From Lepidodermella squamata (taxonomy: Eukaryota > Animalia > Gastrotricha), in assembly GCA_047495785.1 (NCBI GenBank), contig JBLDXI010000021.1, positions 1,550,001-1,614,000 of the forward strand: a stretch of 64,000 nt of DNA, read 5' to 3'. Below, one piece after another: positions 13,216-24,945 of the stretch; the first letter of the stretch is position 1, and every line of letters begins with the position of its first letter. Made by a program: the position numbers and the translations under genes. A model generated the notes under the pieces. It was given only the letters and a program-made list of their open reading frames with translations, did not search any database and was not told where the DNA came from.

Positions 13216-15400
13216 TTACTTCTTCGTTTCGCCCACCGTGTTTGTCTCGGCGAGCCGGTCTTCTTTCTTGATCAACTCGATCACCTCCCGCAAGTTCTTG
13301 TCCTTGACATCGACGTTTTCCTCGTCGAGGAGGTCAATTACTTTCATAACCTATAAAAAGACCGTTATCAATTAATTTGTTTTGAAATGAGGGAAGACCG
13401 TGAGTTGGCGTAATTGAGGGGAAGCCTTAAAAACCCAACGACCCTGTAACCCGGAAGTGGACAAGAAAAATATTAACCTCGTTAACGCTGATGAAACCGT
13501 CGTTGTTTTCGTCAAGGATTGAAATGATGCGCTTGAGACGCGTCTCGTCCTTCACATTTTTCAGCCGCTTGACGGTCGCTAGCAGTTCATCGATGTGAAC
13601 AACATATTGCCGTTCGACGTCCGGCGGCAGGGAATCGAGCTGCGACGCTTCCTCCTCGGCCTTGTTGAGAATTTTAGTCACGCGCGCCTTCAAATACCGG
13701 TTAACACGGCTGTCAGTCAACGCCATGTCTTTCTTCGCTTTTTCCTCGCCATGTTTAGCAACATTGTCCTTATTCAAGGTGGTTAGCAATTCGGCCATAT
13801 CGCTGCGAAGTTCCTTGATTTGAACAGCGTCGATATTCATATTGCGTTCAGTAGCCAGGGCCTCGATCGCGGACTCGAGAGCGTCGACATCCTCAACTGA
13901 AACTTCAATTGGCGGCTTGTCGTCTTTGATTTTTTTCGCGGGAATTGAATACCCGGCTCCGGCGGGTAGTTGCTTGTCAACAGCCATTTCTTGAGAAACA
14001 AGAGGCGGGGGCGGGGCGACAATAGCTTTTTTGCCTTCTTTCTTCGATTCCTCCCAGTCCGCCTCTGATTTCTTTTCCTCAACCTTCTCGCGTTCAATTT
14101 CTTCCATCTCAGATTTCAGCCATTCCAACTTGGCTTTAGGATCGACCTTACCACCAGACTTCTCTTGCAGCATAACTTTCGCTTCCTCAGCAGCTCCGAC
14201 AGGCAGTTGAGAGATAGCCTCAGAAAGTTGCTCTTCTGGTTGAGCGTCCGATGGCAGGTAGAGAGCACGAGAAAACAGCAGTAAAGATACGGGTACTTTT
14301 CGGTTTAAATGCAAATCTAACCAGGACGACAGTTGTTCCCGTAATCGCTCGACTGGAACACCATAGCTCTTCATACCACGAGCATGACAGGCGGCTTGGA
14401 GCTCCTCCTCGTTCATGGCATGAAGACCCTCCTTTTCAATTTGCTTATCATCCGCTTGGAGATCGCGAAGTTTCATTCTAAGTTGAAATCGCAAAATCTG
14501 GCTAGTTCCGACCGTGTTCAAGTCCAATACACGACACAGGGCCTGCAACTGGCCGTGAGACATACTATCCAGGGTCATTTCATCCTCGAATAATTTCGAG
14601 AATTTCACGATTTCATCGATTGTAACTACACCCTGTCGGTTACGCGCTTTATCCAAAAATTTGTAAAATTCGTGGACAGTCGGAATATCTCCACTAGCTC
14701 GAGCCGCGTCTATTTCAGCAGTATCTTTTAGGGTCTCCTGAAGAAATTTGGCCATTTCCAATTTAGCTTTCACCTGCTTGCGAATCTTTTTCTCCTTGGT
14801 TTCTTTTTCCTCAAAAGTAGAAGGCAGCATGTTGGGGAACAGTTTCAGCAAGAAAGGCAACGCAAATTCAGCGAAAGGAATAGCGACGATTACTACGAAA
14901 GGCACTAGTCGAAACATATCACCCGTAGTCTTGATCAATTGTTGGCGTTCTCGCCGGGTCAATTCATCGCCCTGAAGAATACGCCACACTAAACGCGATG
15001 AAATTTTCATTTCATAGCCCAGCAGCTTAGTCCCATGCCAGTAGTGCTTTAATTCGTCAATAAAACGACGATATAGCGACTTTTTAGGCACTTCAACCTC
15101 AGTAGGCGCCGGTTTAGCTACATCGCTAGCAGCCGGCTTCTTGGTTTCGTCCACCCCGGTTGACAGAAATCGAACTTGAAGCGGGTTTAATCTCAGACTG
15201 GTAGACAGAGCATAATTTCGCTGGATCAGTTGATTTTTGGGGCAACATGCGCAAAAATGGCGATTATGCGCAGTTGAATTAGTCGAAAAGGCACAACCAT
15301 GTGATAAGGCGGGGTGAAACGTCGAGGCAGAATGGCGCACCAGGCGCCAGCGAACGCCGTTGCTACCTCCGGTCAATCCAACAGAAAGAATACGGTTCAT
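13216..15400 (-). CDS. LETM1: Mitochondrial LETM1 (Ca2+/H+, K+/H+ exchanger family); intron 13351-13477
   Basis: ELKHYWHG, LTRRERQQL, DMFRLVPF..IPFAEFALP..KLFPNMLPSTF, ACHARGM, EF-hand LDENNDGFISVNE; presequence-like N-terminus. Confidence 0.95.
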
Positions 15401-15552
15401 CAAACCAAATTCATTACGTATAATCAATAAAAAATCTAAACAAATGAATAACATTGACCAAGTTTAATCAATCTTATCACAAAAAATCATAAAAAATAAT
15501 ATTGATTTTTCTCCCAAATTTGACATGGATTTGTGCGGTAATATCATTGCAA

Positions 15553-17286
15553 TCACAACTCGGTTATCATAGGATTATCTCTTGCCGATTTTTTAGCCTC
15601 GTCTTTCAGCAGTTTGTCTATGCGATTGATAAAAACGTCTATGTCTTGCTGTGTCATGCCAACAGAAGCGGCTGCTGTGAAATATGGCAGTGGATACCTG
15701 GAAGAGTGAGCACCCCACCCAACGAAGTCTGTACCGCAAATGGTTTGGCGGGTCGAAACGGGAACAACGCGGCATCCGGAAACACAACGCATGAATAATT
15801 TAGCACCAATCGCAGTTAAATCATTCTTGGCCGATGATGACGAGTCACGGCTTTCTGAGGCCTGAAATGCCACGGCTATCGAAATTTGATTGCCAGGTGT
15901 ATTTAATACCGTCAAGCCGTGATTGGCGGCTAATTTTGTTAGTGATGATTTCAAAACGTTATAAAGACGTTTTCGTTCTTTCAGCATTCCTTCCACTCCA
16001 ATTCGACCCAGGCTTAACAAAGTTATCAACAAATCTGTGCTCGGCACGGCAGAGGCACGACCGGGATAAGTATCAGCGATGTTTTGGATAAACTTCTCAT
16101 CAAAGCCAGCAACAATAGCACCGCCTACCTATTAATTGAGAAAAAATTAATTATTTCAAAAAATACTCTATTAGAATTCTATTTTGAATCAATCATAAAT
16201 TTATGCTTCATCATTTTCATCAAGTTGCTTGATAACTCACCGGTACCATGAAATTTTTGTCTGTTGATTGGACAAAGCAGTCGATGCGACCATTCGACCG
16301 GTGAGTTGTCTCTATCAAATGACACGCTTTCGATGACTGCAAACCATAAGCGTTATTGACGATATGTGCAACGTTATATTTGGCACAAAGCGCGCCAATT
16401 TCCACCAAACTACAGTCATAAATAATGTTTAATTTTCCGTGACTTAAAGCGGAGGGCGGCCACTTACCTGTCAAAAGCACGGGGTGCAAAACAGCTTGTT
16501 GTTGACAAAACGCATAAAATCGAGTCGGCGCCATGTTCTACAATAGCCCGCTCGATCGCGTCCAGGTCGGTGCCAATTTCGTCGCCATTAATTGCGCCCT
16601 CGATAACAATAGGTTCTAGACCGGCTGTACTTATGCATTTGAACGCCGACTTTTGGTCGATTCGCGGCCAAATAACAAAGCGCGCATTCTTCCGCGTTTG
16701 CTTCAGGGTCAACATGCAGAGGGTAAGCGACATTCCAGTCGCCATCGGGACGACAAAACACGAAGCTGTTGAGCGGATTCCGCATACTTCGCGAATCACA
16801 TGGAGCGCCAGGGCGTTGGCTAATTTCGAGCAGATGCTCGACCCGGCGGCTTTCGGCTGAACGTCCATCAAACTACCTGATCTGCCAATACCATGTGACA
16901 TATAAAAATGGCGTTTGGCTACAAGTGACGAGTAAACACGGCCTTCTCGTTCTCCGACTCCGCAGTTGCCACTAAAATTATTACTATCCATGGATGACAA
17001 TTCATTGAGAAACTGGGGACAAAAACAGATGAATCGATAAAAAAAACTTCTAGAAATTGGACAAACCGATTCGATTGTCAGGTCATCTAAAGGCTCGTCC
17101 AATAACCGTCGCTATAGTGTTGAAATAGGTGTGAATCTTTCGATTATCAGACAATCATGAAGAACACACCTGCTCCAGTAGAGTTCTAAGCAGCTTCTTT
17201 CGCGCATTTTTCGAGTCGTTCGCCTGTTGAATGTAGGTTTTAGACCCCAGCAGTTTGGTACAAGCAGCCGCAAGGTCGCTATCCAT
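15553..17286 (-). CDS. SEPSECS: O-phosphoseryl-tRNA(Sec) selenium transferase, multi-exon
   Basis: [75 protein letters not shown] (PLP lysine). Confidence 0.96.
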
Positions 17287-17685
17287 GTCTAGTGGTGTTT
17301 CATAAAACACTAAAAATGTTGAAAAATGCACTTTTACTGCATATATACTGATGATTTCTTCACAGTTTTATCTTTATCAAATCATTTACCATCTACACAG
17401 GAAAGTTTGAAACGATCCGTTCCGAGGAGCGGTAAAAACAAAACAAACGCAATACACAACAGGCACACATTAGCAACAGCGATTTACACATTTATAACAC
17501 TCTGTTTCATAAAGCAAAGCGCACGTTCATATAGTTGGAATGGAAAATATAAGAAGGTCACAACATGACTGCGTTTTGTTTTTACATCCATTAGGAATTG
17601 ACTACAACGAGGCTGTTAGAAACCGGATCAATTAATGCGAACTCACAATATTATTTTTATAAAGTTACAAGAGGCGAGGCGGAAA

Positions 17686-20600
17686 TTATGTGTCTAATAC
17701 ACGGTTGATGAGAGAATAGGCAGGTTTAGACCGACTTGGGTATTCAGAGCCAGGAAATAACCTGTAGAACTCGAGAAGAGAAATGAGGTATTCAACAGCG
17801 TTCATGTCTTGCCCGGGATACGACCCCAGTTCAAAAAACGTGCCCCCTCGATCGCCCATGGCACGACGCTTCACATAACCCAAATGTTCGAAGCACTTTA
17901 ACGCGTTCGATAGAGTCACAATCGAAGCAGATTCAGCGAAGAAGATGTTACCATCATCGAACGTATCGATTGCATCGCGCTGGCAGAGGGAAATGAAGTC
18001 GCGGTCTAATGAGGAAAAGTAGTTACTTGGTGGGAGATGACAAATAGAAAATGCCAACCTTTTTGGATCAAGCCAGGATCGTCGACGAAGCTACCAACGT
18101 TGCAAGCGGTGACCCACATCGATTCGAGAAGTGGTAACAGATAGCTATGAAATTCGATGAGACGTTTCGCAGCGGACACTGCGTTCATTAAATCGAGTTC
18201 AATCGTTGGGCCTTTGATCACATTTTCGTTATTGTTATTAGCTGCAGCCATACCGGCCGGAGCTTCAAAATGGGGCTCATGATCACTCTCGTCATCTTCT
18301 TCTTGGCCGAAATAACCCATCTCATCAGAATCAGAATAATCATCGTCACCGTTTTCCTGGAGATCGACGACATCGTGATTAACGTAAGGTCGAGTAGGCG
18401 CATCGCGATAGCGAAGAAGTTTGCAATTCAAGAGTCTATTCAACGCAGAGTTTAGTTCGGACGAGAGGGTGCGACAAGGCTATGGAAACATGAAACTTGA
18501 ACACTCTGTATATCAAAATGATTGCCCTCTCACCGGAATAAAAAACAGCTCTTTAACCAGTAATTTGCACAATACTTCGGCTCGTTCCAACAAAACATTC
18601 TGATCCATCTTATATGGAGTATCAGCAGTTTCATCGCCAGCAGTGCCATCTTCCTCAGGATTAAACGTGACACTAGCACTAATTTGGCTCAGTTGGCTTT
18701 TGGACAACTTAGTGGAAGCTACGAAACAAGTCGCAACTACGGCTTCAGCAGCAAATACGACCAACACACGAGCGGCAAAGTAATTCAAAGTGAGGATGCT
18801 TTTCAGCTCGAGGGATGGCCGTAAAAACATTGATAGACCGTAATTATCCTTGATTTTCTGTTGAACAATGAATTAAGCATTCGTTTCAAGTTCTTTCCCG
18901 GCAACTTACCTCGCATCTTAACACTGAGCTACCGATGACTTTAGCAGCGTAAAGAACAGCTTCAGACATTCCGTCCAGGTCATCATCGCAGAAAGTAACG
19001 TCATAGCCACGAGTTAGAACTTCCTGACGCAGAATCCTCATGTGCTTGGCTATGTTTATAATTCTTTCGCCTTGGCGAAACTTGGTGAGCATTAAAAATG
19101 CCAAAGCATGAGTCAGAGCAATAGGAGTTATCCGCGAGCAATCGTAAATAACATGCTGGGCCATCAAAGACGCTGCGTTTGTAATATCCGCCGATGTCGC
19201 TCCAGGTGATGCAGCATTTCGTGTAACAATCGCCAAACTTTGTTTCGATTCCATGCTCTTTGCGCGAGTAACGAACTCTCTTAGCGAAAATGGCTCGCCA
19301 AAATCGACGCGAATGAGTCCGCAATAAGTTCGCAATAAATTGAAACCAGCCTTGATCGAAGACCACAGATTCTCGTTTTGTTTGGGCTGGCCAAGTTGTT
19401 GGTTAACCAGGTCTTCCAATTCGAATACTCGTTCGTAGGTAAAACTTGTTGGTACTATACAAACATCGGGTGTATCCTCTTTGTCGAGACAGTCAATGAG
19501 CAAAGATATCAGCCCAATGCGAGGAGTGCAGGGGCGTCCATTGCGAGTTCTGGTTCCTTCAATATAAAATTCCACACTCTGGTTATCAGATAGCAAAGTT
19601 TGCAAAGTCCATCTCAACACAGCTCGGCTAACAGCGTCGTCTTCTTCAGCGGCTCCACCAATGCGAGGATTGCCCGCAGCCTCGGAAACCGACAACTGAG
19701 TTAGAGATTTCGAAGAAGTGAGCGCGTTAATACTTCCTTGACGACCCATAACGCCACTCCGTTTAATGAAAAAGCCACCAGCATTTTTGATAGCAGTTCT
19801 ACAGAAAATATAAGCCATAAATTGCGGCACAAGTTGCTTCAGTTACAAAATCGAACCTGACAATTGGAAAGTCGAGATTGTTGCCAGATGCTATGTAAGG
19901 CAAAGGAAAATCATTGCAGAAGGCAATCAGCGCCAAAATTAAATAGTCCAAATGGCTTGTATGGAGCGGTAGGAAGACGCATGGAACTCGCTCAATAGTT
20001 TCATTCTCCTGGGCTGCCAGGTATTTACATGCATCTTTGATCGCAAGAATTCGACCCTCGTCCACGATTATCCCTCTCGATATTACCGGAAATAACTAAA
20101 CCATAAATATTTAACTTCATAAAGCGCCAGAAAGCAACAAATTAGTCTGACTCACCTTAAAGAAAACGTAACCAACGAATCGGAAAAATATTGTATTGAA
20201 GCCCGTTTCTACAGCCTTCAAACACCGCTGGATGCCGGTAATTCCGGTTCGATTTATTACGTCTTCGCTCAGCTTCAATTCATTGATATCCTTGCATTTG
20301 AGGCGTAAGTATTTTTGAGAGTGATGCCGTGTAAAGCAGTAGTAGAAGTCGCTAAAATAGACTCTGGAGTAACTGCCAGGATAATTCATGATGTTTCTCC
20401 AGCCGTATATTTGATAGAAATTTCGATTAGACAGCGTCTAATGTTAGATAAATTGAATCACAGTTGATAACATAATTGATCTTGAGCGACTTACCGAGCT
20501 AAGTTGCATGCAAGCACAGCAATAACCGACGCGCGACGCTTCTTTCTCAGACATAGGCGGAGAGAGTAAGTATTTAGTTTTCATGGACATGACAGACTCG

Positions 20601-20709
20601 ACCTCATTCTGCGAATAGAAATATAGCAGATTGACAAATGATATTCCAGTCATACCCTTGACAAGAATGATCGCCTGTAGCATCCATTGCTCCGCGTCCC
20701 TGCTGCCAT
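17686..20709 (-). CDS. GPAM: Mitochondrial glycerol-3-phosphate acyltransferase (GPAT1-like), multi-exon; start and end inferred
   Basis: Acyltransferase motifs FLPLHTSHLDY (HxxxxD), GGFFIKR, FYIEGTRTRNG, IVPTSFTYER, IRVDFGEPFSLRE; N-terminal RVGYCCAC as in GPAT1. First exon MAAGTRSNGCYRRSFLSR splices in frame. Confidence 0.88.
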
Positions 20710-21754
20710 TGGAGCAGGTCTGTTAGGTAGCTTACCCTGACCATCATTGAGCCAAACCACCATTTAATATTTTCCCGTAAAAACCTATCATTTGAAGGCA
20801 TTGATGAAATGTGATCGCTGAAGTAGCTAGGTAACAAAACACGATGCCACTCCCAACTTCTATGTACAACGAAATACGAAGTACAAATACATACAATACG
20901 AAGACCTTCAGAGCAACTCGTCACTAATAGATATATAGATCTTTGGAGGATTAATTAGGGCAGATGTCTCTGAGCCACCGGCCGTCGAGAGGATATGGGA
21001 TACGGGATACGGCAGGCCACATATGCTCGCAACGGGAGTCTGATCATTCACGGATGGATGGATGTTAAACCCTGTTAGACCCTGTTAGACATAGTGCCGA
21101 CAAAAGTATGGATAACAGAGATTGAAACGCAGCCCACCACAGCTGAGTGAAAATAAAGTTCGCAACTTGATTGGTTTATATAAAAAGTATCGGTAAAATG
21201 AGCAGAAAGAGTTGCTAAGAGTTGCCAACTGGGTTACTGATAATGAGAGAATGATTTTTTTCCTCTGCTCGATGATGACTTTTTCCTCATTATCAAGACA
21301 TCAAGATATTCATGTAAGGAATGGCGGGCTGTGGTAATAAGCGAAACGAAACGAAAAACAAAGCGATACCGTTCAAGCAGCCAATCACGGTCTCCGGCAA
21401 GCAGTAGGTACCAATTCGCCTACCATCGCTTCCGGCGAATATTGCCCTTATGACGCGCCCTTCGAGTCTTTTGTCCCGAAAAACACATGCGGCAGTAATT
21501 ATTCGAATTGACATATGAAAAACTCCAAAATAGGTCTCTTACTATTTTTATTATCAAATTTTGCTTTTGCTTATAATTTTATTAACTTATTGTCGTCGGA
21601 AAAACGTGTGCGGCTAGCTGAACCACCGACTGTCGAGCTTCATGCTTAAACCCTGATGCTCGAGGCGAGGCCCTGCTCGGGTTCCGATTGACGCTTTCCC
21701 ACCTTTGGTCGGAGTCTTCATCGGTGGTTTGGCATCGACATTCTCCGAACGCCG

Positions 21755-22934
21755 ATGCAGGCTTTTATTATTTATCGCGGCAGGTTCTGCTGCGGGAACT
21801 TCTCGACTGCAACCCATATAGCGTGAGTACTTGAGCTAAATCGAGACTTAGTTAGGTTATGGATTTCAGGTCAATGCTGAATCGGAATTTTACGGCACAA
21901 GTAATTGAAGTCAAGGAACTTGAATCCGTCAGTTCTGATAAGCTCGATCAGCTGAAACGAGCGAGTCTCTTAGTTGGAATCCATTTATTTCATTCGGGCA
22001 AAACTATATTAGGTACAATTGAGGTTAAGCAGAAATTCGTGAGTATTTAAGATTGTTAATTATTGATTTAGCTTTAAGGCAGCATGGAATAAGATGCCCC
22101 TACATCCTTATTGTTGGTGGAACGGATGTGAACGAATTTCACAACGACATCAAATGCAAAGCGATTATGTCTGCAGCTGTTGATTCTTCCATGGCTGTAA
22201 TATGCTTTTCCGAACAGTTGCGGCTTCGCATGTTGGATATATTCGGGACGGAAAGTTCCTCAAAGCTCAGAGTAATTAAGCCGGGAGTGGACGTCATTTC
22301 TTCCGATTCTTCAAACGTGGCGAGAACTTTGCTATATGAGAAAGCTCCCTCCTTCGATTATCAGCACTACTTAGTTTTAGTTGCTAACCTTCGTCCTGTG
22401 AAAGACGTTGCTTTTGTTTTAAACGAATTTTCATCCTATGTTAAAAAGCATAGCTTATCACTCGCAATGATCATCATTGGATCTGTGATTGACGATGAGT
22501 ATGCTAAAGAGGTCCTCAGCCAGGTTAACGCTCTCGATGGTATTTATTATATCGGATCTTTCCATAAGCGCGAAGCTCACGCTTTGATTAATGGTGCATT
22601 TGCATTAGTTAACTCTTCTATCAGTGAAGGCGTTTCAGTTGCTATACTAGAAGCCATGTTTTTGAGGACTCCGGTGATTGCTCGTAAAATTCCTGGCAAC
22701 GTGTCAGTAATTAGGCACTGCGAAAACGGTTTGTTATATGAAAATCCTGGTGAGTTCATATCTGCCTTAGACCTCTTGTTATCAGATGATAGCTTGCGTT
22801 GCCGGTTAATTGACCAGGCTTACTCGTATGTATCGCATAATCATAATATACAGGCGGAAGCATCTAGTTACCTCGATGTTTGTACCGGTGTTGTTTTCCC
22901 TGATCGATCACAGGTGCTCGTAGAGAAACAATAA
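21755..22934 (+). CDS. GLT1D1: Glycosyltransferase 1 domain-containing protein 1 (GT-B fold), 3 exons
   Basis: MQAFIIYRGRFCCGNFSTATHI, GIHLFHSG, GGTDVNE, LRPVKD, VNSSISEGVSVAILEAM, PVIARKIPGN. Confidence 0.88.
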
Positions 22935-23175
22935 TTATTTTATTTCTTTGCTAGTTTCATTCTTACAAAATCCTATATGGGCTCATTGTTATGAATGTTG
23001 GTTGTTGCACTATCTATTCTTGCCCGCGAGAGTTGTGATTTCACTTACCACCATATTCTTGCGTGAAAATTATTTAATATACATAGTATACACATATTTT
23101 TGCTATTTTATTCAACTTCGTCAATGAAATGGGTTTTACTTCATTTGTCGAATTTTTATTTCCTAGAATTAGATA

Positions 23176-23930
23176 ATGGCCTTAAAGCTTTATTTCGACT
23201 TGATGTCTCAGCCCGCTAGGGCCTGCTACATGTTCCTGAAGGTAAACAAAATTCCATTTGTTCCCTGTCCTGTTGCTCTACGAAAGCGTAAGATATTAAT
23301 TATTGAGAAAATCTCGTCGCTTACAGTTTAACCTTAACTCACTTAGTTGAACACCGCAATGAGGAATTCGCGAAGATCAACCCATTTCAAAGAGTCCCTG
23401 TTATCGATGACCACGGTTTTGTTCTGACGGAAAGCATGGCTATTTTAAAATACCTCGCGTTGCAATACAAAACAGCTGAACACTGGTACCCGACGAAGGA
23501 TATCAAGCAGCAAGCTAGAATCGATGAATACCTTCATTGGCATCACTGGAACGTCCGATGGAATGGTTCAATGTATTTCCTGACTAGGGTCGTCAAGCCC
23601 TTGTTATCAGGTCGTGACGTTGACACGAAAAAGCTGGCACTTTATCGAAAGCAGCTCAACGAATCGACTACTCTCTTTGAGAAGTACTTTCTCGGCAACA
23701 ACCCGTTTATTTTTTCCAACGAAATCAGCATCGCCGACGTGCAGGCTCTAGTTGAATTCATGCAACCATTTGCTGCTGGTTACGACGTCTTTGCTGACCG
23801 ACCCAAGCTCTCAGCATGGCGTGACCGTGTCAAGGCTAAATTGCAACCGCATTTTGACGACGCTCATGAGATTGTGTACAAAGTTGCGAAGAGAACTGCA
23901 AGTTCCGAAGACCAAAATGCCAAACTGTGA
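23176..23930 (+). CDS. GSTT1: Glutathione S-transferase theta class; intron 23288-23346
   Basis: LYFDLMSQPARA (theta catalytic Ser), INPFQRVPVIDD, LTESMAILKYL, HWYP, ARIDEYLHWHH, ISIADV. Confidence 0.92.
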
Positions 23931-24087
23931 ACAAATTCTTCCCAATGACCTTGACTTACTATCGTTATTACTTGGTTCTATGTGATCAATTTGCTTGCTG
24001 AAATATTCGTGCTTTTTCCTTTTTCTGAAATTCAATTTCGTATTTATTAATCGCACGTCTTGTTTTTTTAGATAGTTACTTGGTATA

Positions 24088-24727
24088 ATGGCTCCCAAGC
24101 CTCAGCCCAAGGAAGAAAAGGCGAAGGCCCCTGAGGCCAAGGCTGCGAAGTCACAGCCCGCCCCGGTTGTCGCTCCAGCTGCCGCTTCGAAGCCTGCTCC
24201 CCCCAAGGCCGAGAAGAAGGCCCCGAAGCCCGCTAAGGATAAGGGAAGCGCCAAGGCGCTCAAGGCCAAGAAGGCGGTCGCCAAGGGCACTCATCTTACC
24301 CGTCGGAGGAAGGTGCACACTGCCGTCCGTTTCCGCCGCCCCCACACCCTTCGCCCGCCGAAGAATCCCAAGTACCCGCGCACCGCGGCCCACCACTCGA
24401 ACCGCATGGACCAGTTCCGTGTCATCCGCTTCCCGTTGACCACTGAGTCGGCCATGAAGCGAATTGAAGACAACAACACCCTTGTTTTCATCGTTGACAA
24501 GAACGCCACCAAGCCTCAGATCAAGGAGTCGGTCAAGAAACTGTACAACGTTTCCGTCGCCAAGGTCAACACCCTGGTCCGACCTGATGGCAAGAAAAAG
24601 GCGTATGTCCGTCTAGCACCAGATCACGATGCTTTGGATCTGGCCAACAAGGTAAGAATATCAAGAATTTCAATAATCCGCATTTTAATAATATACTTGA
24701 TAATCTTTTCAGATCGGCATCATATAA
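24088..24727 (+). CDS. RPL23A: 60S ribosomal protein L23a (uL23) with Ala/Lys/Pro-rich N-extension; intron 24652-24712
   Basis: [54 protein letters not shown] | IGII*; strong C/G-ending codon bias. Confidence 0.97.
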
Positions 24728-24945
24728 ACAGTGGGTCTTCTGTGCTATTTTTTGGCAGAGGTGCAGAGTCAGATGCTTCCTTATTTGTAGTGCTCTTGTG
24801 TTGCGAGATAATTGAATGAAACGCACTGCTGACGAGAAAAAAATATAATAAATCAAAGAAAAATGAAATCGACTTGTCTTTTGTTCACATTATACATATT
24901 GCGTTTAATATTCTTAGTAGAATGTTAATGTTAAATTGTTGATTT

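Noticed and set aside
21645-21656. CTTAAACCCTGA in a hairpin loop resembling a telomerase RNA template
   Set aside because: Not 1.5 copies of a CCCTAA-type template, and no pseudoknot or H/ACA features seen.
21666-21735. Minus-strand resemblance to SRP helix 8 (GAGCAGG) and U3 box C' (AAACCACCGATGAAG)
   Set aside because: SRP CAGG/GNRA elements and U3 boxes B and D are absent; G-U pairing favours the + strand.
15553-23930. A selenium-related cluster around SEPSECS
   Set aside because: No tRNA-Sec, in-frame TGA selenoprotein or convincing SECIS found nearby.
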